Assembly (NCBI GenBank): GCA_963767925.1 | Contig: CAVYGB010000010.1 | Span: 32,001-96,000 of the forward strand | Length of the DNA: 64,000 bases | Origin: an uncultured delta proteobacterium | GTDB lineage: Bacteria > Myxococcota_A > Polyangia > Fen-1088 | Direction: 5' to 3' | Shown: one piece after another, positions 15,676-24,698 of the stretch | How the letters are laid out: each line of letters opens with the position of its first letter | How positions within the stretch are numbered: position 1 is the stretch's first letter | The notes under the pieces: generated by a model | Database searches by the model: none | The model's input: only the letters and a program-made list of their open reading frames with translations | What the model was told of the DNA's origin: nothing | Program-made: the position numbers and the translations under genes

Positions 15676-17304
15676 CTACTGCGTGGGGCTCGAAGGCGCG
15701 CCTTCCGGCGCACTTTTTTCGCATCGGTTGAGCAGGCGCACGCGGTAGTAGCCTAGCTCATCACGCCAGTACTCGCCCTTGAAGGGCCAGTAATGATGTT
15801 CGTCGTCAACCACGATGCGGGAGATGTCGGTGACCCGATCGGCCGCGTTGTTCTGCTGCTCCTGAACGATCTCCTGTTCGAGGGCGCCCTTCTCCCCCTG
15901 CAGGATCTCGATTTCGATCTTGAGCACCCGCTTGATGAGGCCGGCCAGCTCGGCCACCAGGCGGCTCACCCGCTGACGCGCCAGCTCGCCCGCCTCGTTC
16001 ACCGTCAGTGAGCGCTGCAACGTGATGTCGGTGACGACGGCGTTGGCCACCGCCGTCGACTTCCAGGCCGGGTCGGCCCGCTCGTGCTCGGCCAGCTCGC
16101 GGTCGAGCTCCTTCACGTAGTCGAAGCGCCGGGCGAGCATCCGGTCCGAGAGCACCGCCCGGGCGGCCAGCTCGGTCTTCTCGGGCAACCGGGCATCCCC
16201 TGAGCGGATCTTCTCGGCCAGGTCGAAGAACTGGTCGTTCGCGGTGGTGGCGTCCACGATCTTCTTCAGATCGAGGGCCAGCGGCTCGAACGACTCGCGG
16301 AACTCGTCGATGGCGTCGGCGGCCCGATCGTACTGGCAGTTGTAAAAGTAGATGGTCGCCTTGACCGTGAGGGCCTCGGCGATCGACTCCGGCTTGATGA
16401 AGTTGTCGAAGTAAGGGGCCTGCAAGGTCTGGATGTTGCCGAGGGCCTTGGAGTAGCCGGCCTGCCGGAGCATGAAGTTGGCCCAGGAGGCCTCGAACAA
16501 GCTGTTGGGCCAGTCGTACGAGGCGGTCGAGACCCGGTCGTAATATTTGGCGGCGAGGTCGTACTGCCCGGTCGAGTAATACACCCGGGCCAGCGACAGG
16601 TTGGCGAGGTCCTCGTAAGGCTTCACCTTGGGGTCGTCGCTCTCGGCACCGATGCGCAGCACCTCGATGAAGGCGTCGCGGGCGGGCTTGGCGTTGTACT
16701 CGCGCACGTGGGTGGCGCCCTCGAACAGCTTGGCCTGCACGTAATACTGGCTGGCGGCGGGCACCATGTTGAAGAGGGAGACCGCCTCTTTGAACTTGCC
16801 CTTGTTGTAGTGGTACTTGCCGAGCAGGAAGTAGAGCTCGTCGCGCACGCTCTCGAGGGCGGGCTGCTCGAGCTCCTTGCGGTCGTATTTGCCGATCTTC
16901 TCGAGGATGCCGGCCGAGTCGGCGACCTCGCGCGAGAGGGAGGCCAGCCACTTGAGGGTCTCGTTGTAGTGGGCGTGGCCGGGACCCTTCTGCACGATGC
17001 GGTCGAAGTAGCTCAGCGCCGCCGAGTAGTAGGTGAGCTTGTAGAGCGTCTTGCCCATCCAGAACTCGGCCTTCTGGCGGTTGGCTTCGCTGTCCCCGCT
17101 CTCCCCCTCGACGACCTTGTAGAGCTCGATCGACGCCGAATAGAGCTCGTTCGAGTCGTACAGCTTGATCGCGCGCTCGAGCACCTGCGAGGGCGCGTCG
17201 GTGCGCGGGCGCCGCCGCTGCTGCTGGGCCTCCACCTGCGGAGCGGCCGTCGTGATCAGGAGGCTCGAGAAGACGACGATGACGGTGCCGCGAAAAGAGC
17301 TCAT
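15676..17304 (-). CDS. gltC: TPR protein GltC
   Basis: Signal peptide, TPR repeats, C-terminal YWPFKGEYWRDELGYYR motif typical of GltC homologues; GAGAGG RBS. Confidence 0.85.
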   Translation of the reverse strand: MSSFRGTVIVVFSSLLITTAAPQVEAQQQRRRPRTDAPSQVLERAIKLYDSNELYSASIELYKVVEGESGDSEANRQKAEFWMGKTLYKLTYYSAALSYFDRIVQKGPGHAHYNETLKWLASLSREVADSAGILEKIGKYDRKELEQPALESVRDELYFLLGKYHYNKGKFKEAVSLFNMVPAASQYYVQAKLFEGATHVREYNAKPARDAFIEVLRIGAESDDPKVKPYEDLANLSLARVYYSTGQYDLAAKYYDRVSTASYDWPNSLFEASWANFMLRQAGYSKALGNIQTLQAPYFDNFIKPESIAEALTVKATIYFYNCQYDRAADAIDEFRESFEPLALDLKKIVDATTANDQFFDLAEKIRSGDARLPEKTELAARAVLSDRMLARRFDYVKELDRELAEHERADPAWKSTAVANAVVTDITLQRSLTVNEAGELARQRVSRLVAELAGLIKRVLKIEIEILQGEKGALEQEIVQEQQNNAADRVTDISRIVVDDEHHYWPFKGEYWRDELGYYRVRLLNRCEKSAPEGAPSSPTQ

Positions 17305-17325
17305 GGCTTCAACCTCTCAGGTGAA

Positions 17326-17385
17326 GCTCTGTTCCACCCGAGCAGAGCGAGCTGCTCGGACCCCCGCGAGGGGGCAGGACAGAGC
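17326..17385 (-). promoter_or_regulatory. Structured three-way-junction element in the gltC 5' leader
   Basis: + strand pairings: GCTCTGT(T)CC/GGACAGAGC closing stem, CCGAGCAG/CTGCTCGG 8-bp stem, CCCCC-GCGA-GGGGG stem. Confidence 0.45.
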
Positions 17386-17527
17386 GGGAACGCACACGCA
17401 CGATTCGGTCGCTGAACGCAAAGGGGGCGCTTTGCACGAACCCAGCCGGACGAAACTCGAATGAGATCGCTACCTTAGTACGAAAGAGCCCAGGCCGCCC
17501 GTCGCAGACACCAGCAAAATCGCGTGC

Positions 17528-17557
17528 ATCGTAGGCAGGCGCTGAGATCGAAGTCAA
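17528..17557 (-). promoter_or_regulatory. Putative sigma70 promoter of the glt operon
   Basis: TTGACT-N18-TACGAT on the minus strand. Confidence 0.55.
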
Positions 17558-17820
17558 GCCGGAAGCGGCCAGTCACAGAAGCCCGGTCTCGCGTCTAACT
17601 GCCGGTAATGCCAGATTAAAAGCGACCCGCCCCGATCCGGCAACCGCCGCCCGGCCAGAGCTCCTTCGGGCGCCGGCGGAGGTCCGGACCAGCCCTCCCC
17701 TCCCACGCCCGCTCCACGGGAAAGTTCCCGGCTCCAGTCGCCCCGCAGATTCCCGCGTCCGCGGCTCGAACCGTCGGTGCTCCGGACAGAGACCGGCGGG
17801 GGGCGCGGCGGAGTTGGATG

Positions 17821-17848
17821 TTGACACCCGAGGACCCGTCGTTAAGAT
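17821..17848 (+). promoter_or_regulatory. Putative sigma70 promoter of the cglC-like/yraN unit
   Basis: TTGACA-N16-TAAGAT. Confidence 0.55.
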
Positions 17849-17943
17849 GGCCGCCGCTTGCGCCCACCCCGCTTTCTCAGTTGTGTCGGGGGTTTGGGCG
17901 CGCGGCGTGAGCGGCCCCCAAGCCACACCCCGAGGAAACGTAC

Positions 17944-18471
17944 ATGAGCGCGCACCCCCCGATCTCTCGCCTGCGAAACCGTTTCTTCGCGATCGCCTTC
18001 CGCCCGGGGATGCTCTCCCTGGCGCAGGTCCTCACCGTCGCGGCGCTCGCGCTGACGGCGGGCTGCGAGGACAAGGCCATCGGCCGGGTCTGCGAGGTCC
18101 AGTCCGACGCCGGCGCCGAGCAGGCGGTCCTCAACGGCCAGGCGCTCGAATGCCCCAGCCGGCTCTGCCTGCGCCCGGCGCCCGACGGCACCCTGGGCCA
18201 GACCGTCGACACGACCGCCCTGTGCACCGCCGAGTGCTCCAAGGACAGCGACTGCGACGGCGCCGAGACCCGCACCTCGAACAACACCCGGGACAAGCGC
18301 TGCCGCACCGGCTTCGTCTGCGGGGTGGCCACCGCCACCGGCAGCGTGGCCTGTTGCAAGAAGCTCTGCCTGTGCAAGGACTTCCTCGTCATTCCTCAGA
18401 GTGGCCTGGAGGTCCCGGTGGTCTGCGACCGTAGCAAGAACCCCGGGGTCTGCCCGCTCGCCGGGCGGTGA
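17944..18471 (+). CDS. Cys-rich lipoprotein, CglC/GltK (AgmO)-like
   Basis: Lipobox LTAGC (alternative start ATG 18010); CPSRLCL, CTAECSKDSDC, CRTGFVC, CCKKLCLC; divergent from gltC. Confidence 0.65.
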   Translation: MSAHPPISRLRNRFFAIAFRPGMLSLAQVLTVAALALTAGCEDKAIGRVCEVQSDAGAEQAVLNGQALECPSRLCLRPAPDGTLGQTVDTTALCTAECSKDSDCDGAETRTSNNTRDKRCRTGFVCGVATATGSVACCKKLCLCKDFLVIPQSGLEVPVVCDRSKNPGVCPLAGR

Positions 18472-18854
18472 CCCCGCGGGAGGCCGGCCGGCGGGCCGAG
18501 GCCCTGGCCGCCGCCCTGCTGGAGCGCCAGGGCATGCGCATCCTGGCGCGCAACTGGCGCCAGCCCGAGGGCGAGCAGGCCGAGCTGGACCTGGTCGCCG
18601 ACCACGGAGGCGTCTGCGTCTTCGTCGAGGTGCGGGCCCGGACCGGCGAGACCTACGGCCACCCGCTCGAGGCCATCGGCCCCCGCAAGCAGGCCCAGGT
18701 CATCCGGGCGGCCCGGCTGTACCTGGCCTCCGGGGACCGGGCCGGAGCACCGGGCGGCTACCGCTTCGACGTCGTCGGCGTGCTCTTCCCCGAAGACGGC
18801 AGCGAGCCGCAGCTCCACCACGTCCCCGACGCCTTCCGGGCCGACGGCTGGTGA
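18468..18854 (+). CDS. yraN: YraN/UPF0102 family endonuclease-like protein
   Basis: GRRAEALAA...ILARNWR...ELDLVA...FVEVRAR...YRFDVV...AF; GTGA overlap with the upstream gene. Confidence 0.9.
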   Translation: MTPREAGRRAEALAAALLERQGMRILARNWRQPEGEQAELDLVADHGGVCVFVEVRARTGETYGHPLEAIGPRKQAQVIRAARLYLASGDRAGAPGGYRFDVVGVLFPEDGSEPQLHHVPDAFRADGW

Positions 18855-18882
18855 GGAGCGAGCGTCGCTGCGGGCGCGAAGG

Positions 18883-19290
18883 CTAGGAGGCGGCCGCGGC
18901 CGGCCGGGGGACGGCCGCTTTCTTCGCGGGCTCGGTCACGCGCAGCTCACCCTTGATCCGGGCGGCCTTGCCTTCCAGCGCGCGCAGGTAGTTGAGGCGG
19001 GCGCGGCGAACGCGGCCCTTGGCCACCACCTCGACCTTGTCGATGCGGGTGCTGTGCAGCGGGAAGATCCTCTCGACGCCGACGCCGTAGGAGATCTTGC
19101 GCACGGTGAAGGAGGCGCGGGAGCCGCCGACGCGGCGGTCGATCACCACGCCCTCGAACACCTGGACGCGCTCCTTGTCGCCTTCCTTGATGAGCGTGTG
19201 AACCTTCACAGTGTCTCCCGGCCGGAAGCCGGGCAGATCTTTGCGGAGGAAAGTGGCTTCGATTTCGCGAATCAGGGGGTGCTGGCTCAT
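18883..19290 (-). CDS. rplS: 50S ribosomal protein L19
   Basis: [10 protein letters not shown]...[15 protein letters not shown]...[17 protein letters not shown]. Confidence 0.99.
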   Translation of the reverse strand: MSQHPLIREIEATFLRKDLPGFRPGDTVKVHTLIKEGDKERVQVFEGVVIDRRVGGSRASFTVRKISYGVGVERIFPLHSTRIDKVEVVAKGRVRRARLNYLRALEGKAARIKGELRVTEPAKKAAVPRPAAAAS

Positions 19291-19384
19291 GGCGACAGGC
19301 TCCGGTACGGAGGGTCGTATTAACTACGCGTAACTGGCGGCGGAGTCAATGGTTCTCCCGCGACCCGGGCTCTTGACGCCGCCC

Positions 19385-20227
19385 CTAGCGGTCAGGTCCG
19401 TCCCCGTGGTTCTTATCGTGGACTTGCCCTTCGTCTTGCCCGTCCTCTTGCCCGTCCTCTTGCCCGGCCTCCCGCGGCTCGGGGGTGGGGACCTCCCGGC
19501 CGAGGAGCTTCGTCTCCTGGGGATCGGGGGGATGGGCGGCCAGCAGGTCGGGGCGGCGGTCGCGGGTCCGGCGCAGCGACTGCTGCCGGCGCCAGGCGGC
19601 GATGGCGGCGTGATCGCCCGAGAGCAGGACCTCGGGGACGACCTGCCCCCGGAACTCGGGCGGGCGGGTGTAGTGGGGGTATTCGAGGCGGCCCCGGGCC
19701 GAGAAGGACTCCTCCTCGGTGGAGGCGCACTTGCCCAGCACCCCGGGCAGCAGGCGGGCCACCGCCTCGATGATCACCGCGGCGGCCAGCTCCCCGCCGG
19801 CCAGGACGTAGTCGCCGATGCTGACCACGTCGTGGGCAAACAGGGTCGCGATCCGTTCGTCGATCCCCTCGTAGCGGCCGCAGATCAGGAGCAGGCGGGG
19901 CCGGGTCACCATCTCGGCGGCCAGCGCCTGCGAGAACAGGCGGCCCTGCGGCGACAGCAGCACCCGGTGGGTGGGCCCGCGCGCCGCCTCGATCTGCTCG
20001 ATGGTCGCCGCCAGGGGCTCGGGCCGCAGCACCATCCCCGGCCCGCCGCCGTAGGGCGCGTCGTCGACCGAGCGGTGGCGGCCCAGGCCGTTGTCGCGGG
20101 GGTTGCTCCGGGTGACGGCGATCAGCCCCCCCTCGACGGCCTTGCCGAGCAGGCTGGCCGACAGGAACGAGTCGAACAGCTCGGGAAACAGGGTGACCAG
20201 CTCGAAGTGCAGCCGGGCTTCACTCAT
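19385..20227 (-). CDS. trmD: tRNA (guanine37-N1) methyltransferase
   Basis: VDDAPYGGGPGMV, CGRYEGIDER, SIGDYVLAGGE, EYPHYTRP. Confidence 0.98.
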   Translation of the reverse strand: MSEARLHFELVTLFPELFDSFLSASLLGKAVEGGLIAVTRSNPRDNGLGRHRSVDDAPYGGGPGMVLRPEPLAATIEQIEAARGPTHRVLLSPQGRLFSQALAAEMVTRPRLLLICGRYEGIDERIATLFAHDVVSIGDYVLAGGELAAAVIIEAVARLLPGVLGKCASTEEESFSARGRLEYPHYTRPPEFRGQVVPEVLLSGDHAAIAAWRRQQSLRRTRDRRPDLLAAHPPDPQETKLLGREVPTPEPREAGQEDGQEDGQDEGQVHDKNHGDGPDR

Positions 20228-20735
20228 GGGGGTCGATCACGATCCGGCGCCCCACCAGATCGACGCTGGTCAGGAACTCGGGCACCGCCGGGATCAGCAA
20301 CTCCTTGCCGGCGTCGTCGAGCACCGAGAGGACGTCGTGGCCACCGTTCCAGAACAGGGCGGCCACCCGGCCCCGGCTCTGACCGGCGAGATCGAACACG
20401 GCGCACCCGACCAGGTCGTCCACGTAGTGTTCGCCCTCCTCCAGGGGAGGCAATTCGGCGCGGGCCACCGAGACCTCGAAGCCCGTCAGACCGGCGGCGG
20501 CGTCGCGGTCGGCGATCCCCTCCATGCGGACCAGGGCCCCATCCTGGAAGGGACGCGCGCTGGCCACCGTGGATGCGCGGCGTTCGTTGCCCCGGCGCAG
20601 CTCGACAACCAGGGGGAGCTCCAGCTCGGGGAGCTGGACGCCGTCGGGGTTGAAGGCGCGAAAGACCAGCTCGCCCCGCACGCCGTGTGGCCGCCCGAGC
20701 ACGCCGAGCACCACCCTGTCCCGCTCTTCGGCCAC
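20220..20735 (-). CDS. rimM: 16S rRNA processing protein RimM
   Basis: GRPHGVRGE, LPPLEEGEHYVDDLVG, LLIPAV; canonical position between khpA and trmD. Confidence 0.96.
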   Translation of the reverse strand: MAEERDRVVLGVLGRPHGVRGELVFRAFNPDGVQLPELELPLVVELRRGNERRASTVASARPFQDGALVRMEGIADRDAAAGLTGFEVSVARAELPPLEEGEHYVDDLVGCAVFDLAGQSRGRVAALFWNGGHDVLSVLDDAGKELLIPAVPEFLTSVDLVGRRIVIDPHE

Positions 20736-20832
20736 GGTCCGGTTCGTCGTCGCGGCGGGGGCCGTCAGAGCGGCCCCGGGCGCTCCCGCGACGGGCTCGG
20801 GCGAGGCAGGCTCGCCTTCGCCAGGGCGGTCA

Positions 20833-21129
20833 TTACTCGATGATCTCGAGGATGGCGCGGCGGCGCATCTTCGCCGAGGCAGCGGACAGCACGGTCCGCA
20901 GCGCCTTGGCGGTCCGGCCCTGGCGGCCGATCACGCGGCCCAGATCGGACTCGGCGACCTTCAGCTCGTAGACCAGCGCGTCCGGCTCCTCGATCTCCTG
21001 GACCTCCACCTGATCCGGATGCTCCACGAGCGATCGGGCGAGGTAGAGCACCAGCTCCCGCAGGGGCGGTGCTTTCCCTTCGCTGGTACCCGCCTGGGAC
21101 GGAGGAGAACCCTCGGTCAAGGGGTTCAC
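20833..21129 (-). CDS. khpA: KH-domain RNA-binding protein
   Basis: [10 protein letters not shown]...[20 protein letters not shown]; start placed at the GTG overlapping the rpsP stop (GTGA). Confidence 0.9.
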   Translation of the reverse strand: MNPLTEGSPPSQAGTSEGKAPPLRELVLYLARSLVEHPDQVEVQEIEEPDALVYELKVAESDLGRVIGRQGRTAKALRTVLSAASAKMRRRAILEIIE

Positions 21130-21386
21130 GCGGGAGTTGACGGAGTCGCGCGGCGGAGTCGGTGAATCAGCTCGCTCACGGTCTGGCTGGGCTGGGCACC
21201 GACGGAGATCCAATGATCGACGCGCGCCGTATTGAGCTTGACCTCCGCGGGATTGCGCAGAGGGTCATAGATGCCGAGCTGCTCGATGAAGCGGCCATCG
21301 CGCGGACTGCGGCTGTCGGCGGCCACGACGCGGTAGAAGGGAGACTTCTTGCCGCCAGCGCGAGTGAGACGGAGGGTTACGGCCAT
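21126..21386 (-). CDS. rpsP: 30S ribosomal protein S16
   Basis: [38 protein letters not shown]. Confidence 0.99.
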   Translation of the reverse strand: MAVTLRLTRAGGKKSPFYRVVAADSRSPRDGRFIEQLGIYDPLRNPAEVKLNTARVDHWISVGAQPSQTVSELIHRLRRATPSTPA

Positions 21387-21416
21387 ACGGGGAATCCTGG
21401 GAATAAGAGCCGAAGA

Positions 21417-21445
21417 ATCCTACAGATGTTTCAGGCTCGTGTCAA
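21417..21445 (-). promoter_or_regulatory. sigma70 promoter of the rpsP operon
   Basis: TTGACA-N17-TAGGAT about 30 nt upstream of the rpsP ATG. Confidence 0.75.
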
Positions 21446-21787
21446 CGTGAGTCGGAACGCCGAGGTTCCACTAGGTACCACTTGATTGCCGGCTGGTTGC
21501 CAGCCGGTTGCGTGAGGGTCGGAGAAGATGAGAGCAGGGTGATTCTAGCGCACGGACGCGCCGCGTGCCTACAGGTTTGGCGGCGGAGGGCGGCGGGCCG
21601 TTACGAAGGAGTTACTTCTGCTTTCGGCCGAGTTTTTAGCACGCTCGACTCGACCCGCCTAGATGGATTCCGGGGGGTTATCTCGGTTCGGTGACAGCTC
21701 AGGGCTCACCAGGACCAGGGGAGGTCGTCTGGCCCCGTGAGGTGGGCATTGGACGCGGGCCCCGGGCGAGGTTAGTCCAGAGCTGCG

Positions 21788-23479
21788 ATGCCTGCCCTGC
21801 CCTGTCCCCGGTCGTCGTTGCTCGTCACCTTGCTGGTGCCGGCGCTGCTGCTGTCGGCGCGGGCCGCGGCCGCCGAGCCGGCTGCGGCGGCGCCCAAGGA
21901 GCGGCGGGCCACCATCTTTTACACGGGGTCGGTGCGGGCGGCGCTGGAGCCGTGTGGGTGCACGAGTGACCCGCTCGGGGACTTCGCGCGCATGACTGGC
22001 GTGGTCCGCGGGGCCGGGCCCGCCTCCGCCGTCCTGCTCGTCGACGCGGGCGACCTGACCTACCCGGGGCCGGAGGTGCCGGAGCGGCTGGCCGAGGGGG
22101 CCGATCTGCGGGCGGCCTTTCTGGCGCGCGAGCTGGCTCGCCTGCCGCTCGCCGGATCCGCGCTCGGGGAGGCCGACCTGGCCCGGGGCGCGGACAAGGT
22201 GGTGCCCCCGCGCCTGGCGGCGAACGTGAGCGGGGCGCCCTCCGTCCAGGGGTCGCAGCTCCGGGAGGTCGGTGGGATCCGGGTCGGCATCCTGGGGGTG
22301 GCCGATCCCGCGCTGGCCCGCCGCTTCGGCTGGCGCGCCGAGGATCCCGCGGAGGCCGCCCGGCGGGAGGCGGCCGACCTGCGCCGGCGGGGGGCGGAGC
22401 TGATTGTCGCGGTCGCCGCGCTCGACCGCAGCCAGGCCCGCCGCCTGGTGCGGGGGGCGGCCATCGATTTCCTCGTCGTCGGGCAGAACCTGGGTGACGG
22501 GCTGGCCCGGGCGGATGCCCTGGAGGGGACCTTCGTGGTGGCCCCCGCCGAAGACCTGCAGAAGATCGGTCGCCTCGACCTCGTCGTGCGCGGGTCGCCC
22601 CCGGTGGGTGGCCGCCTGACCCTCGTCGACGCGGGCGGGCCCGAGGGGCGGCAGGTGGACCGGGCCGACCTGCAGCGCCGGCTGGCCCTGCTCGACGGTG
22701 AGCTCGCGCGCTGGACCGGCGACCCCTCGGCCGATCCGGGCTTCGTGGCCGCCCGGCGCAAGGAGCGCGAGGAGCTGCGGCAAAAGGGCGCCGCCCTCGA
22801 GGCCCCCTGGACGCCGCCGGCCAGCGGATCGTATTTCACGAACCGGCTGCTGCCCCTGCGGCGGGCCTTGCCCCGCGATCCCAAGCTGGCCTCGGCGATG
22901 CGCCGGCTGGATCAGCGGGTCGGTGCGGCCAACCTGGGGCGGGCCCAGCCGCCACCGCCCGCACCGCCCGGGCGGGCGGCCTTCGCCGGCGACGCCACCT
23001 GCACGAAGTGCCACCAGGAGGCGAAGACCTTCTGGAAGACCACCGTCCACGCCCGGGCCTGGAAGACCATCGTCGTCGGGGGCAAGACCGGCTTTCCCGA
23101 CTGCGTGAGCTGTCACGTCACCGGCTACGGTGAGGTGGGCGGTACCAGCCTGGGCCACCTCGGCAAGCTCAAGGACGTGCAGTGCGAGACCTGCCACGGG
23201 CCGGGCTCGCTGCACGTCGCCGCCCAGGGGCTGGAGGAGCCGCCCGCCGTCCGGCTCGAGACGCCGCAGTCGACCTGCGAGCGCTGCCACAACGAGAAGC
23301 ACTCGGACACCTTCGCCTACCTCCCTTACCTGCGCGACATCCTCGGCCCGGGACACGGAGCCGCCGCCCGGAAGAAGCTGGGCCCGGGCCCCACCGGCCA
23401 CCAGCTCCGCAGCGCCGCCCTCGCGAAGGCCCGGGCCGCCGGCCAGGCCATGCTGGAGGGCAAGGCCGGCAAGCCCTGA
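21788..23479 (+). CDS. Secreted UshA/5'-nucleotidase-like domain fused to a tetraheme cytochrome c (c554-like)
   Basis: Signal peptide; LEPCGC and LLVDAGD motifs; four CxxCH motifs (CTKCH, CVSCH, CETCH, CERCH). Confidence 0.85.
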   Translation: MPALPCPRSSLLVTLLVPALLLSARAAAAEPAAAAPKERRATIFYTGSVRAALEPCGCTSDPLGDFARMTGVVRGAGPASAVLLVDAGDLTYPGPEVPERLAEGADLRAAFLARELARLPLAGSALGEADLARGADKVVPPRLAANVSGAPSVQGSQLREVGGIRVGILGVADPALARRFGWRAEDPAEAARREAADLRRRGAELIVAVAALDRSQARRLVRGAAIDFLVVGQNLGDGLARADALEGTFVVAPAEDLQKIGRLDLVVRGSPPVGGRLTLVDAGGPEGRQVDRADLQRRLALLDGELARWTGDPSADPGFVAARRKEREELRQKGAALEAPWTPPASGSYFTNRLLPLRRALPRDPKLASAMRRLDQRVGAANLGRAQPPPPAPPGRAAFAGDATCTKCHQEAKTFWKTTVHARAWKTIVVGGKTGFPDCVSCHVTGYGEVGGTSLGHLGKLKDVQCETCHGPGSLHVAAQGLEEPPAVRLETPQSTCERCHNEKHSDTFAYLPYLRDILGPGHGAAARKKLGPGPTGHQLRSAALAKARAAGQAMLEGKAGKP

Positions 23480-23522
23480 CGGCGGCCAGCGCGATCGGGT
23501 CGCGTCGCGGCCCGGCTGCGCC

Positions 23523-24524
23523 TCAGACGCCGACCGGGGCGGAGCCCGAGAGGAGCTGGTCGAGCAGGTCGGGCTCGATGTTGCTGCCGGTGATGATGAG
23601 GACCACCCGGCGGCTCGGCAGGGAGAAGACCCCCTCGAGCAGCGCCGCCACCGTGACAGCGGACGAGGCCTCGCACACGAGGCCCAGGGTGCGGTAGGCG
23701 AAGGCGATGGCGTGGCGGATCGCCACCTCGCTCACCTCCCCGATCTCGGGGCAATAGTCCTGGGCCATCCGGAAGGTGCGCTCGCTGACCCCGCCCTCAA
23801 GCCCCTCGGCCAGGGTGGGGCCGCCCTCGAACTGGATGAGCGCCTGGCCTCCTTCGAGCGAACGCTTCATGGCGCAGTTGGCGGAGGGGGAGGCGCCCAG
23901 CAGGCGGATCCCCCGGGGCACCAGCTCAACCCCCAGGCCCCCGATCAGGCCCCCGCCGCCCACCGGGGCGATGGCGACCTCGAGGTCGGGGAGCTGGGCC
24001 AGCAGCTCGCGCGCGAGCAGCCCCCCGTTGCCGGCGATGACGTGGTCGTCGTCGAAGGGTGAGACGAACACCGGGCCGTCCGGGCGGCCCTCGCTCTGCC
24101 CGGCGCGGCGCCGGGCCTCGGCCTCGGCCTCGTCGTAAGAGGCGCCGAAGACCTCGAGGGTGGCGCCGAGGGCCCGGATGCCGGCGCGCTTGACCTCGAC
24201 CGTCTGGTGGGAGACCAGCACGGTGGCCTCCAGGTCGAAGGCCCGGGCGGCGTAGGCCACCCCCAGGCCATGGTTGCCGGCCGAGGCGGTGATGATGCGG
24301 CGGCGCCCCTCGCGGGCCAGGGCGGCGAGCCGGGCGGCGGCCCCCCGCAGCTTGAACGAGCCGGTCCGCTGCAGCGACTCCAGCTTGAGCCAGACGTCGG
24401 CGCCGGTGCGGCGGCTGAGGGCCGGGGCCTGCACCAGCGGCGTCACACGGGTCAACTTGCGGACACGTTCGGCGACGTCACCGCCGGTCACGTCGCGCCA
24501 GATATCGACATCGAACTGCCGCAT
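23523..24524 (-). CDS. PLP-dependent threonine/serine dehydratase
   Basis: LKLESLQRTGSFKLRGA, TASAGNHG, PVGGGGLIGG, IITGSN; start re-assigned to ATG 24524. Confidence 0.93.
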   Translation of the reverse strand: MRQFDVDIWRDVTGGDVAERVRKLTRVTPLVQAPALSRRTGADVWLKLESLQRTGSFKLRGAAARLAALAREGRRRIITASAGNHGLGVAYAARAFDLEATVLVSHQTVEVKRAGIRALGATLEVFGASYDEAEAEARRRAGQSEGRPDGPVFVSPFDDDHVIAGNGGLLARELLAQLPDLEVAIAPVGGGGLIGGLGVELVPRGIRLLGASPSANCAMKRSLEGGQALIQFEGGPTLAEGLEGGVSERTFRMAQDYCPEIGEVSEVAIRHAIAFAYRTLGLVCEASSAVTVAALLEGVFSLPSRRVVLIITGSNIEPDLLDQLLSGSAPVGV

Positions 24525-24698
24525 GCGGGGCCGCAAAGGGTACCAGGGCTGCCCCGGCCTGGCCATAGTCGGACGGATCGCGGCCGCGCAAAGCGCGCGC
24601 GCGGCGAGATTCTGCCGCTCGCGCCGGCGCATCTGGGCGCGCGCGCGGACGGGTCGATCTGGGCGCCAACCGCCCCGGTTTGTGACAAGTTTCCGGGG

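Noticed and set aside
7433..15756. Long plus-strand ORFs (751, 360 and 1409 aa)
   Set aside because: Antisense shadows of gltG, gltE and gltD, expected with high GC3
17311..17385. Glycine-riboswitch-like words (CTCTCAGG ... GGACAGAG)
   Set aside because: Wrong strand for gltC, the motifs are not contiguous, the GGAGA/CCGAAG core is missing, and CTCTC is the complement of the gltC RBS
17410..17460. Possible hammerhead ribozyme (CTGA ... CGAAAC)
   Set aside because: The CUGANGA core is not matched and the required stems are not evident
19430..19475. 12-bp repeats encoding QEDG in the TrmD tail
   Set aside because: Short low-complexity extension with no sign of function
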